Shown in pieces: positions 20,651-30,650 of a DNA stretch of 64,000 nt. Origin of the DNA: an uncultured archaeon. Lineage in GTDB: Archaea; Thermoproteota; Bathyarchaeia; Bathyarchaeales; Bathycorpusculaceae. The translations under genes were made by a program, and so were the position numbers. The notes beneath the pieces are model-generated. The model saw only the letters and a list, made by a program, of their open reading frames with translations. It did not search any database and was not told the origin of the DNA. The stretch is taken from the NCBI GenBank assembly GCA_963810275.1, contig CAWENF010000014.1, positions 41,841 through 105,840 on the forward strand. Reading direction: 5' to 3'. Within the stretch, counting starts at the first letter, position 1; each line of letters opens with the position of its first letter.

Positions 20651-21334
20651 GTGACAGAAATAGGCGACTCTCCGCATGTAACCTTCAAGCTTGGAACTGG
20701 AGAATCAAAAAGCGACCGCGAAATGCTGAAAAAGAAAAAAGATCAATACGAAAAGAATTGGTGCAAAACAGGAGCAAAAGTCCTCAAGAAAATAGAGTAC
20801 TTATGCGGTGACTCATTCCCCAAGAAAGCTACACAAGACGGCATAACCGTCATTCTCCACAAGAAGACCCCTAAAAGCCAAGTCAACGCCTACCTCAACG
20901 AACAAACGCCTCTTGAAATTCACTTGTATTTAAACAGGAACGACAAAACAGCAACAATGAAGGAACTCTTAATCCGTATGCTTACCCAATCGTTTATCCA
21001 TCAACATTACGAGTTTCATTTTCGGATAAGAGAACAAACTCTTTTTGAAGACATCTTAGCAGACGAGTTGGTGACTTCTAAAATCAGTTTTATGGTTATA
21101 GGTCGGAAGCTGGGGCGGGCAAACTGCGCTAAAGCACTCGACGAAGCGGTAGAGCAGACGATTTATCGATTATCACAGAAATCAGCGCGAGACAAGCTAA
21201 CGGAGTTCACTTACTTTTTTTTTCAGGATTCTCAAGTTAAGGGTAAACAGCAGAAAACTGACGTTTTAGCGAAACGTGAAGAGTTGATTGCAAAGTTGCT
21301 TGAGCTTCTGCCAAAAACAGTAATCATCGAATAA
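20651..21334 (+). CDS. Hypothetical protein
   Basis: 227-aa ORF converging on tRNA-Ser; no firm family. Confidence 0.7.
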   Translation: MTEIGDSPHVTFKLGTGESKSDREMLKKKKDQYEKNWCKTGAKVLKKIEYLCGDSFPKKATQDGITVILHKKTPKSQVNAYLNEQTPLEIHLYLNRNDKTATMKELLIRMLTQSFIHQHYEFHFRIREQTLFEDILADELVTSKISFMVIGRKLGRANCAKALDEAVEQTIYRLSQKSARDKLTEFTYFFFQDSQVKGKQQKTDVLAKREELIAKLLELLPKTVIIE

Positions 21335-21350
21335 ACTTAAAAATAAATAG

Positions 21351-21465
21351 TGGCGCCGAGAGGGGGATTTGAACCCCCGTGGCCCCGAAAGACCACAAGC
21401 TGTCAGGTACCACCTGAAGAGGTGAATCTCCAGGCTTGCTCCCTGCCGGGCTAGGAGACCTCGGC
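21351..21465 (-). tRNA. tRNA-Ser(GGA) with 26-nt intron at 37/38 (21402-21427), encoded CCA
   Basis: Acceptor GCCGAGG/TCTCGGC, anticodon stem CAAGC/GCTTG, GGA at 21429-21431, long variable arm, GGTTCAAATCC T-loop. Confidence 0.92.
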
Positions 21466-21756
21466 ACACACATAGCAGGTTTGCACAACTTTCTTGAGTT
21501 ACGCAGAATTTAAAGGTTTATCGGAAAAAACAGCACAAGAAGTAAGGCTTGAGGTAACTTCAATCTGTGCCACATATTAATTGCGGCGGATTAACATAGA
21601 GTCTATTATGGTATGTACAAGATAAGGTGTTGCCACATCGCGTCAGGCGCCAGGAAACGTTCTGAATCAACGAAGCAGCGGCAAGCGCAAGCAGTCGTCT
21701 GATGCACATGTAATTTGCCATACGCACATTAAGAGAAAAAATAAAAAAAGGAGCTA

Positions 21757-23541
21757 CTAGACGCCTGCCCAGAACGGAACCTTCTTGCGCATCATGTTGA
21801 CGTATTCTTTAAGCAGTTCCTGCTCGGGAAGAGTCAAGTCCTCATTGTGTGTTGTCAAAAGCGCCTTCGCATCCGCCTCAGGCACCTTCACATAAAGCAC
21901 GTCACGCTCAAACACGTGTCTACCAGCGATTGGTTTATCCATGGAAATCGCCACCTGCATACCAGCTTTAGCTTCACGAATTGATTTGCCTTCGTCCTGC
22001 ACCTGCTGCACCTCGCCTAACTCAGAGCCGTCTTCAGCGCGCATAAGCGACACCCTCGGCTTGATGCGGCCAGCCTGAACCTCCACACCTATCACTAAAG
22101 GTTTAGCGCGGCGAAAAATACAGTTAGGCAGTACCATGATTTTGCCCGGCTTATATAGTGCCTCAAATTCTTCTTCACTTTTACGTTCCTTCTTCTCCTT
22201 AATCCAAGCCAAGTAGGCGTCAACGAGGTTGTAGATAATTGGGTCACGGAACACCTTAACACCACTTGATTCAGCTTCAATCTCCGCGTCAGGTAGGGCT
22301 TTGACGCCGAAAGCCAAAATCGCACCCATTAACGGGTCATGCTGTTTAACAACTGAAGCTTCTATGACGTCGCGTTTGCTAATTTCACCGATATCTGCGC
22401 TTCGCACCTGTACGTTGTTGGCTCGCAGGATTTCCGCAAGGGCCTCCAACGAACCCAAGGTGTCAGCTTTAACGATGACGCCGTCGATTTCTTTGGTGAT
22501 TCGGATTCTACCAACTTCTTCAGTAATCATGCGGCAATACTTGGCTACGTTTTCTCCTGGAGGCACAGCTAACATTGGGGCACCCGCCAAGGCGTCCTCA
22601 AGTCCAGGAGCGACGATTTTGACTCCTGCACTGGCGTAGACGCATTCGACTCCGGAAAATTTGTCTCGGGGGTCACGCATCTCATCCAGCGGCTTTGGAA
22701 CCAGAATTGTGCGCACGCGTGCGGATATAGGGCCGTCTTTGCCACCAACTACTACCAAGTCGTCCTTGTGTAGCGTGCCATCGTAGACGATTGTGTTTAG
22801 GGTCATACCTAAGCCGGGTTCCTCTTTGACTTCTAGTATTGCACCTTTTGCTGGGCCGCCGGTGGTTTGGAGACGTTTTTTGAGGAACTGCTGCGTTAAA
22901 CCCACAAGTACCATAACGAGCTCTGCGAGTCCCTCGGCGGTTTTGGCGCTAGTAGGCACCAGCGCGATGTTTTGGGTGAAGTCTCGGATGTGGTCGAATC
23001 GGTCTGTTTTAAATCCAAGCCTGCTGAAGTCACCCATGATGCGGTAAAGACTGTTGTTCATTTCCTCTTGAACAAAGTTTGATTGAGTAGCAAAAGACTT
23101 TAGAAAAGGCATGCCATGCTGAGGCTTCCAACCAGGGATACGATCGATCTGGTTAACAGCAACGATAAAGGGAGTTTTACGTGCCTTGAGAATTTCGATA
23201 CACTCAAAAGTCTGCGCTTCAAAGCCTCTCACAGCGTTCACGACGAGTATGGCGATGTCAGCGACGCTCCCGCCTCTACGCCTAAGGTTAGTGAACGCTT
23301 CATGTCCAGGGGTGTCCACGATTAGGAGACCGGGGATTTCGATACCTGTCTTAAAAGTTGACATGTATGGTCCGATAAGTTGTTTTAGGGTTTCCACTGG
23401 GAAAAAGCTGGCTCCAATGTGCTGGGTCATGCCGCCTGCTTCGCGGACTTGGACGTTGGTTTTTCGCAGTTCGTCTAGAAGCGAGGTTTTACCTGAGTCG
23501 ACGTGTCCGAGAACGCAGACGATTGGTTGACGAGTTGGCAC
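21757..23541 (-). CDS. infB: Translation initiation factor IF-2 / aIF5B
   Basis: RQPIVCVLGHVDSGKT, DTPGHEAF.NLRRRGG, KADTLGSLEA. Confidence 0.97.
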   Translation of the reverse strand: MPTRQPIVCVLGHVDSGKTSLLDELRKTNVQVREAGGMTQHIGASFFPVETLKQLIGPYMSTFKTGIEIPGLLIVDTPGHEAFTNLRRRGGSVADIAILVVNAVRGFEAQTFECIEILKARKTPFIVAVNQIDRIPGWKPQHGMPFLKSFATQSNFVQEEMNNSLYRIMGDFSRLGFKTDRFDHIRDFTQNIALVPTSAKTAEGLAELVMVLVGLTQQFLKKRLQTTGGPAKGAILEVKEEPGLGMTLNTIVYDGTLHKDDLVVVGGKDGPISARVRTILVPKPLDEMRDPRDKFSGVECVYASAGVKIVAPGLEDALAGAPMLAVPPGENVAKYCRMITEEVGRIRITKEIDGVIVKADTLGSLEALAEILRANNVQVRSADIGEISKRDVIEASVVKQHDPLMGAILAFGVKALPDAEIEAESSGVKVFRDPIIYNLVDAYLAWIKEKKERKSEEEFEALYKPGKIMVLPNCIFRRAKPLVIGVEVQAGRIKPRVSLMRAEDGSELGEVQQVQDEGKSIREAKAGMQVAISMDKPIAGRHVFERDVLYVKVPEADAKALLTTHNEDLTLPEQELLKEYVNMMRKKVPFWAGV

Positions 23542-23686
23542 TTTTGGTCTCCTCTTTGCAAGTTTATTGGGTTCGGATTGTTAGGGGTTAAGGATTAATA
23601 AATACGTTCATGCTATTTTGTGTTTTCAGCTTCTTGTGCTTTCATACTTCGGTAAGCTATTATCACTCAAGCTTCCTCTTTGAAGC

Positions 23687-24016
23687 ATGGTAAAATGCTG
23701 CCTTTCTGTGTTAAATGGCGGTGCAACCCTAAAAGCTGACGATAAATACTGCATACAATGCGGTGCAACGACAGCCAAATTAATCAGAGAAGAATTACCA
23801 AGTTGCAGGCAAAGATGTAGGCGCCAGAGTACAGGAGCTTTTGCATGAAGGTAATGTAACTCGCATAATTGTAAAAGACGAAGCTGGTAAAACTTTGCTG
23901 GAAATCCCAGTAACAATGGGTATGGTAGGGATTGTGGTTGCGCCTTGGCTTACGGCTTTGGCGTGATCGCAGCGTTGGTAACTAACTGCTCAATTGTGAT
24001 CGAAAGAAGAGAATAA
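23687..24016 (+). pseudogene. Zinc-ribbon plus DUF4342 protein, disrupted by several frameshifts
   Basis: Pieces C.KCGATL...KYCIQCG; V.ELLHEGNVTRIIVKDEAGKTLLEIPVT.G; VIAALVTNCSIVIERRE. Confidence 0.7.
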
Positions 24017-24022
24017 AGCGGT

Positions 24023-24223
24023 TTACTGTGATGGCTTCAGGATAAGTAGTACTACGCCAATTATGAGCAAGACGACGCTGATGAAGCCGAAGAGAGGGCC
24101 AAAACCGCTGATTTCTGAGGTTGTAGCGGTGAAGTAAAGCATGACTGCGCCTATAACAATTAAAACTAAACCTAATATCCTCTTAATTAGGGAAGCCCAG
24201 AACGAATCGCCTTCAGCACTCAT
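24023..24223 (-). CDS. Small two-TM membrane protein
   Basis: Two hydrophobic helices. Confidence 0.6.
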   Translation of the reverse strand: MSAEGDSFWASLIKRILGLVLIVIGAVMLYFTATTSEISGFGPLFGFISVVLLIIGVVLLILKPSQ

Positions 24224-24570
24224 ACGTTGTTTTGACCCCTGCTTGCCTTTTTATCTTGTGTTTCTCTGATATAAACAACAGGAGTTATTTTAAATTTTGG
24301 TAAACTATGTTTGTTGAGGCATCGATTAATTTAAGGCAATATTGCACAAAAACTGTGTAGGGCAACATTAATTTAACCAAAACCTGCTAAGCTCAGCCAG
24401 TTTAGGGTGTGTTTGGGTTTGCTGAGGTCCCGAATAGACTTAAGGAGAAAAAAGACGCTTCCACAATCATTCTTAGCAGATACATATCGTAAACAAGAGC
24501 CTTCTCAGCCCTAACTAAGCACCTATTTAAAACAAAAAAAGAAAGAGAGATTGTTTAGTTTTTTCACAGC

Positions 24571-27231
24571 TTACTTTTTGCGAAGAGCAACTATCAATAT
24601 GGCGATGCCCATAATCACTATAACTGCGATTATGGCGCCTGACATGGGTAGGAAGTATTCGTCAGCCATTGATGGTGTAGGTTCAGCTGTTGGTACGGTT
24701 GTTGCAGCATTGTCCACATAGATTCCTGTTTGAGCACTAGAAGGATAGTATGAGCCTGTGCCGGTAAAGCTTGCCATAACGGTATATTCTCCTGCAACTT
24801 CTGGTGTGAAGACCATCTTGAATGCGCCGCTGATGTCAGTGGTTGTTGTGCCTACTGGGTAATAGTTACCGTTGGGGTCAACTACGCTGACTGTAACGTC
24901 AACACCGGTAGCATTTGTTGGTTTCTCTTGATCCATGTAGACGTATTCCATCCATGCTGCCTGACTTCCATCAGACATAGCTGGAACGCCACTTGGGAAC
25001 CGGAACGCCTGCTCACTTTGCGCTGTACCTGAAGAGATGTCAATGACAGTTCCTTCAACAATCACTTTATCTCCTTCCATAGAGACCTTAGGTGAAGCTG
25101 TCACGGATGTCTGGCTTGGACCTTTAGCAACTGCATAGAGTTGATTGTCATAGTAGTTGTAGTAAACCAATGTTCCATCTGCTAGTACTGCTGTTGATAA
25201 GCCTTGTCCGCCGGTTTGTCCTGACCAGCTAAGCATCTTGTAAATTTCAGACCCATCAGTAGCATTAATGCAGTAGATACTGTAGCCTTTGTATAGTGGA
25301 CTGTTTGGAGAGTGCTCATTGTTAAATGCATAGACTTTGCCATCAGCGATAGCTCCGATAAAGATTGGCATCAAACCCCATGCTGTATCAACACCACTAC
25401 TTGTATTGTTGTATTTCCAGAGGGTTTCACCTGTTAAGGTATCAATGCAGAACATTTCTCCACCAAAACCTTGAGTGTAAATGTTTCCGTACGCCGTTGT
25501 ACATCTTTGACCTGCACCTGAACCGCTACTGAAGAACTGCATTGGCCGGATATCTTCATGAGTTGCCCATATTTGATTTCCGTTGTCCAGGCTGTAGCCT
25601 TGGTATTGCATGTCTTCGGCTGTGGTTGTGGTCCAAACGCGGTTTACTGGATCGATTGGGCCAAGGTTGAGTGTCATGTTGTTTGAGGGTGCATTATATG
25701 ATTTCTTCCAAAGCAGGCTGCCTATGCTGTTCTCTTCTAAGCTTAGTGTCCATACTTGGTATGGGTTAGCTGTGCCTCTTTCTCTTAGGACACCGGGTGC
25801 AATAGATGGTGTTGTGCCAAGCAAGATGTCGCCGGGGATTACATATTGTATAGTTGGGTTTTCTGATGCTAATGCACCTGTTAGGTCTGCATTGATAGTT
25901 ACGTTCCATGAATATGCTTGGCTTGCGTCGATGACTTTGCCGACTGGTCTGTATTGCAGTGCGTTGCTTCCAGATCCTGGTGGGCTTCGTGGTACGTCGT
26001 CTGCTGCGGTCCAATTCCATAGTGCTAGCCAGCCTGACTTTGCAGTTCTATCGTAGTTGAAAACGTATTTGACGATTTCACCTTGGTTAGTATATGCAGT
26101 TGTACCAGTTGGAACACCTGTAACATTGAATAGCCATTTACCAGTCAATGAATCCCAAGCTATCCAAGTGGAGCCGACTGCTTGCCATAGGTAGCCGTTT
26201 GGAATTGTCCCGTGCTGGTTTGGTGATTCATAGGTATAGAGTTCGCCGAATGTTGGGTTAATGTCTGGGTTTGTCCAGATGATTTCGCCTGTTCGCAAAT
26301 CTCTACACATATAATCGCCGGCACCTGTTGCGCCCGTGCTGACTTCGTCGCTTAGGGGTGATTTATAATAGAGTCTGCCGTCAATGATGAGTGCGTTTTG
26401 GAATCTGCCTTCATATGAACCGCCCGAATAGAAAGTAGCGCCGTCAATGCCTGTGTTGATGCCGCCAACAACGCCTCCGTCTTCAAGAGGCGCGGTCCAC
26501 ATGATGTGTGGGCTGTCTGGTCCGATTCCGCCGGTTTGCCATAAACTCATACCAGGCTGTTGGAATGTTCCAAAGTAGTTGGCACTTGAGGCATATGAAG
26601 AACTGCCGCTACCTAACCAGTGTGAGCCGATTACGTACCAGTTGAAATCTTCTCCATAGATTGGTCTGCTCCAGTACTCGGTTGGAAGCGCCGAGTTAGG
26701 TGTCATAGGAACAGGGTCAGCTTGGACAGTCAAAGTTGCTGTTGCATTTGCCGCCAAAAATACGACGCCAGTGTATGCATTGTTACCGCCTTCTGCGGAT
26801 GTCCATGTGTAAGTTTGATCGGGGTAGTAGAAGTCAAATGTGTAGGTTCCTTCCTGATCGGGGGTAAACGAAGCTGATTGGACACCAGTAGTGTCTGCAA
26901 CGCGATCCCAAGTTTGCTTGGTTACGTGTCCGTCTGGAGCTGTTATGGTGAGTTGATAATCGTGTCGTCTGATGTCATTGGCTTCTGTTGCACTAGGCAA
27001 AGGTACGTCAACCATCATAGCGATGTAAGTAGCTTGACCTACACCGACTGGGTTAGGTTCAACAATAAGATAGGCGAATGAGGTCATTTCGTTTGAAGAT
27101 TGTGCACTAGCGAGTGGCAATGAAACTACAGGAAAAGCAATGAAGAACGCTAGAATAGCTGCTAAAATAATGTTTTTTTTGTTTCGATAATTCATTTCCT
27201 TTTTCTCCGTTTTATGGGAAAAATATTTCAA
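24571..27231 (-). CDS. Secreted PQQ-like beta-propeller repeat cell-surface protein with C-terminal TM anchor
   Basis: Signal peptide, repeated D..TG...W blades, C-terminal TM followed by RKK. Confidence 0.8.
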   Translation of the reverse strand: MKYFSHKTEKKEMNYRNKKNIILAAILAFFIAFPVVSLPLASAQSSNEMTSFAYLIVEPNPVGVGQATYIAMMVDVPLPSATEANDIRRHDYQLTITAPDGHVTKQTWDRVADTTGVQSASFTPDQEGTYTFDFYYPDQTYTWTSAEGGNNAYTGVVFLAANATATLTVQADPVPMTPNSALPTEYWSRPIYGEDFNWYVIGSHWLGSGSSSYASSANYFGTFQQPGMSLWQTGGIGPDSPHIMWTAPLEDGGVVGGINTGIDGATFYSGGSYEGRFQNALIIDGRLYYKSPLSDEVSTGATGAGDYMCRDLRTGEIIWTNPDINPTFGELYTYESPNQHGTIPNGYLWQAVGSTWIAWDSLTGKWLFNVTGVPTGTTAYTNQGEIVKYVFNYDRTAKSGWLALWNWTAADDVPRSPPGSGSNALQYRPVGKVIDASQAYSWNVTINADLTGALASENPTIQYVIPGDILLGTTPSIAPGVLRERGTANPYQVWTLSLEENSIGSLLWKKSYNAPSNNMTLNLGPIDPVNRVWTTTTAEDMQYQGYSLDNGNQIWATHEDIRPMQFFSSGSGAGQRCTTAYGNIYTQGFGGEMFCIDTLTGETLWKYNNTSSGVDTAWGLMPIFIGAIADGKVYAFNNEHSPNSPLYKGYSIYCINATDGSEIYKMLSWSGQTGGQGLSTAVLADGTLVYYNYYDNQLYAVAKGPSQTSVTASPKVSMEGDKVIVEGTVIDISSGTAQSEQAFRFPSGVPAMSDGSQAAWMEYVYMDQEKPTNATGVDVTVSVVDPNGNYYPVGTTTTDISGAFKMVFTPEVAGEYTVMASFTGTGSYYPSSAQTGIYVDNAATTVPTAEPTPSMADEYFLPMSGAIIAVIVIMGIAILIVALRKK

Positions 27232-27308
27232 GTATTCAAGCTTTAAGTTTTTCGCAATTAATATCCGTAAAAATAAAATACATAGTCAAACAACCCAAAG
27301 ATAATTCG

Positions 27309-27985
27309 ATGCCCATGTCAAGCCTCGTTAATTTAACAATCGAAGTGACCTCTGCAATCTTGTGCTTTGCACTTTTAAGGTTCATGTTCAAACCCTATGA
27401 GCTCACAAGCGAGGGCAGATACCTGGGGTTACCATTAGGATTTATGTTTCTTGGATTAGCTGAAATCTTTCTGGGCACAGGGATTTTTATTAACGTGGAA
27501 GAAATAAGAGTGTTCTCCCTTATCCTACGAACTTTCGCATACGTGTTTTTAGCAGCAACATATTACTTCTTTACTTCTCCAAAAAACCTACAAGAAACAG
27601 CCGAATAATTTGGAACATAACTTTTAGCCTAATCGTCGTGATTTTAGTCGCTCTATCAATCGTAATTGTAAACGGTTCAATAATTATTAACCAACCTATG
27701 AACCCAAGCATTTATTTCCGAATAATTGCCCTCACATGAATAGGATACATATGCATCCAAACCTTAAGAAGCCATATACAAAACCCAGAAAGTGATACGA
27801 TATGGATTCCCATAGGGTTCATTCTGCTCGGCATAAGCCAGTACTCTTTACTAATTTGGGCATCAGACGTCAACTATGTTTATGGCATTGCATTTATGGG
27901 TGGCTGGATAGCAAGAATAGCCGGATTAAGTATTTTCGTTGCAGTTTATTACTTAACTTTGCACAAAAGACCTGAAAAACCATGA
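27309..27985 (+). pseudogene. Multi-TM (about 7) putative sensor membrane protein, frameshift about 27600 and in-frame TGA at 27737
   Basis: Hydrophobic helices continue in the shifted frame; two related motifs YLGLPLGF.FLG and WIPIGFILLG; stop overlaps wHTH start (ATGA). Confidence 0.6.
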
Positions 27986-28251
27986 AGCTTCGAAGAGATA
28001 GATTAAAAATCTACGGAGATCTCTTGGAATATCTTAGCGCTGAGGCTAACAGCGAAAAAATTATCATTACAAAAATTCAGCTAAAAACAAATGTACTTTT
28101 TGACAGGTTAAAGAAATATATCGATGAATTGAAGGCGTTGGGCTTAATTGAGGAAAATAATCTCAAAGTTACAGAAAAAGGAAAACAATATCTAATAGAG
28201 TACGAAGCGGTGCTTCAATTCATGAAGCGAATGGGACTTTCCTACAATTGA
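27982..28251 (+). CDS. Winged helix-turn-helix transcription regulator (archaeal HTH_45-like)
   Basis: RRDRL.IY.DLL...ITKI..K.N....LK.Y...L...GLI.....VTEKGK.YL. Confidence 0.85.
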   Translation: MKLRRDRLKIYGDLLEYLSAEANSEKIIITKIQLKTNVLFDRLKKYIDELKALGLIEENNLKVTEKGKQYLIEYEAVLQFMKRMGLSYN

Positions 28252-28718
28252 ATGCGCAATTAAAAACTAATTAATGACTAAGTTAAACCGGGCTTGCTCT
28301 GGGACTTCAGTTTAAAAAGCTAACTAACATGAGAATCTACTCATGCAAATAAACAAGTACAGATTTTTTACGCCAATAAAAAAGCAAGCGGGTACTGCAT
28401 GAATACTCATAATAGCTATGAGTTGGATGAGAAAAAATGTTATAATTTGGGATCATAATGAACTTAAAAAAACTGTAAACGTCAAAAAACCCGTTTTCTT
28501 AGGTTCGAATGTTTCCAGTCAGTGACCACCCGATTGGGATGCATGCTTTTGGTAAGCAGCAAGGGCTATAACCATGTCAGAGGAAACAATGCCTGTTTTA
28601 TGGAAAAATAACCAACACATTGTTAAGATAGCTCAAGAATATTTTAAGGAATTATTCAAAAAAGCAAAATGGAAGCCGTAAAGAAAATAAACATTTACTT
28701 TAGAAGGAAAGGACAACT

Positions 28719-29669
28719 ATGCAATCGAAAATAGACGAGATTGACCTTAAAATTCTTAATGACTTACTTAAAGATGGGAGGAAGACCTTCGCCGACATAG
28801 CCAAAGATTGCGGCACAACAAAAGGCGTTATCGCTCGACGCTTCAAACAAATGGAAGCTAAAGGAATAATCGTTGGAGCGACAATACAAAACAGTATTGA
28901 ATGTTATAATAAGAAAATGATAGCGATGATGTACCTTCACATTGAAGAAGGGAAAACCGAGCAAGTTTTAGAGTTCTTGGCAAATTTTCCTCAAATTACA
29001 CAGGTTTTTCCGTCTAAGGTGGAGCCACTCGTAATTTTTTGGGTTGTTCTGGGAGACTCAGAAGAGTTTGAGAGTCTTCGGCAGCGGCTTCTTGATTCAC
29101 AATTCGTCACCCGCCTGGATTCACAGATCTTTTTTGGAGTGAGAAATCATCCCGAGAACCTATCGATTTTTAGAAACAAGCCAGAAATAAAAGAAATCAA
29201 ATGCTCGAGTTTGAAAACAAAAATCAGTGATTTAGATAAATTGTTGATAGAGAAACTGGCAGCAGACGGTCGAACGACGTTTAGTCAAATCGCTAAAGAT
29301 TTGGGAACCACCACAGAAACTATCTCGCGCAGATATGAACGACTAAAAAAGGGCGGTTTGATACGAGTTATTATCAGAATTGACCCTAGAAAAATTGGCT
29401 ATGTTGCTTTTTCTTCAATTAGTATTAAACTTTCCAAAGCAGACATAAACATAATAGATAAACTATCAGAAATTCCGGATATAACCCAAATTCAGCGAAC
29501 AAGCGGAAAATTCGATTACTGGATGATAGCAATGCTTCGCGATTTAGAGCATCTACTTGATATACAGTTCAAAATAAGAGCAATTCGAGGAATAGACAAA
29601 ATGGAGAGCGACATCATCCCCCTGTTTTTTCCTTGGCCGACATTTAGGGAGTTTAAATCCACAGAGTAA
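28719..29669 (+). CDS. Tandem-duplicated Lrp/AsnC family regulator
   Basis: Two D.ID..I...L..DGR.TF..IAK..G HTH units, each followed by a RAM domain. Confidence 0.88.
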   Translation: MQSKIDEIDLKILNDLLKDGRKTFADIAKDCGTTKGVIARRFKQMEAKGIIVGATIQNSIECYNKKMIAMMYLHIEEGKTEQVLEFLANFPQITQVFPSKVEPLVIFWVVLGDSEEFESLRQRLLDSQFVTRLDSQIFFGVRNHPENLSIFRNKPEIKEIKCSSLKTKISDLDKLLIEKLAADGRTTFSQIAKDLGTTTETISRRYERLKKGGLIRVIIRIDPRKIGYVAFSSISIKLSKADINIIDKLSEIPDITQIQRTSGKFDYWMIAMLRDLEHLLDIQFKIRAIRGIDKMESDIIPLFFPWPTFREFKSTE

Positions 29670-29713
29670 GAACCCTTTTCTTTCAGTAGCCCCACACATT
29701 TGAAGGGAGACGA

Positions 29714-30481
29714 ATGAAGCTTAGTTTATCCAATGGAATTTTTAGCAAACTCAGCATAGCCGAAAACTTCGGCGCCGTCAAAAAGCTGGGTTTTACACAA
29801 ATCGAGTTTAACATGAAATCCATCAAAAAGGAACACGACACCGACGTGTACCGAGAACAAAGGGCACTGACCGCGTCCGGTCTTAACTGCATCACCCTGC
29901 ACTCGGCTGTTTTGCACGTTAAAGATCCCATTGAAGTGCACCAAGCCGTCTACTACAGCAAAATCTCGCTAGAATGCGCCCGAGCCCTCAAAGCATCCCT
30001 GATGACTGTGCACTCCGACATCGCCAAGAAACTGCCGCCAAACTTGCGGGAAGAGTCTCTCCTTGAAGTTTTTGGGCACATCAAACCGTTCGCTAGAAAG
30101 CTTGGCGTCAAATTGTCGCTTGAGAATCTGTCGTTTAACTCTACAGGATATGGCAAAAACGTGGAACAACTCGAAGAAATCCTCTCCGTAATAGACCCAG
30201 AAAGCGAGTTCGGATTCACGTTTGACTTGTGCCACGCATTGGAAACCAACGTAGTTGACGAGTTACTTGACAGGTACGGAAGCAGAGTCTGTAACGTTCA
30301 CATGGCAAACAAATCGCATGTACCTTTCACTGAACCTAAACCCGAATTAGTCAGCTTCCTTGATGCATTACATGGTTACGGCTACGAGGGACCGATTACT
30401 TTAGAATTGAAGCACGGTACCAGCATGCAGGAAATAGCAAAAAGTAAAGACCTCTTTGATAGTCTGCTTGAAAAGTACTAA
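29714..30481 (+). CDS. Sugar phosphate isomerase/epimerase (AP endonuclease 2 TIM barrel)
   Basis: LSLEN, FTFDLCHA, VHMAN, ITLEL metal motifs. Confidence 0.8.
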   Translation: MKLSLSNGIFSKLSIAENFGAVKKLGFTQIEFNMKSIKKEHDTDVYREQRALTASGLNCITLHSAVLHVKDPIEVHQAVYYSKISLECARALKASLMTVHSDIAKKLPPNLREESLLEVFGHIKPFARKLGVKLSLENLSFNSTGYGKNVEQLEEILSVIDPESEFGFTFDLCHALETNVVDELLDRYGSRVCNVHMANKSHVPFTEPKPELVSFLDALHGYGYEGPITLELKHGTSMQEIAKSKDLFDSLLEKY

Positions 30482-30650
30482 CGGAAATGAGAAGTTACGT
30501 GAAGCTAAAATAGTCTTTTACTGAATACATCAACTAGTTTAATAGAAAGGTAGAGAACTTTTTTTAAATAACAAAGCAATTTTGATAGCTCAATACAAGT
30601 TATGGTTCACAATCGCCTAACGTAGGAAGAGAGTTGCTGGAGCAAAAAAA

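Noticed and set aside
15720-21350. att-site duplication of the tRNA-Ser 3' end
   Set aside because: Only a 7-nt match (GCGCCGA near 20600), which is expected by chance
27737-27739. In-frame TGA as possible selenocysteine or readthrough
   Set aside because: It lies in a TM helix of a gene that is also frameshifted; no SECIS-like element or redox motif seen
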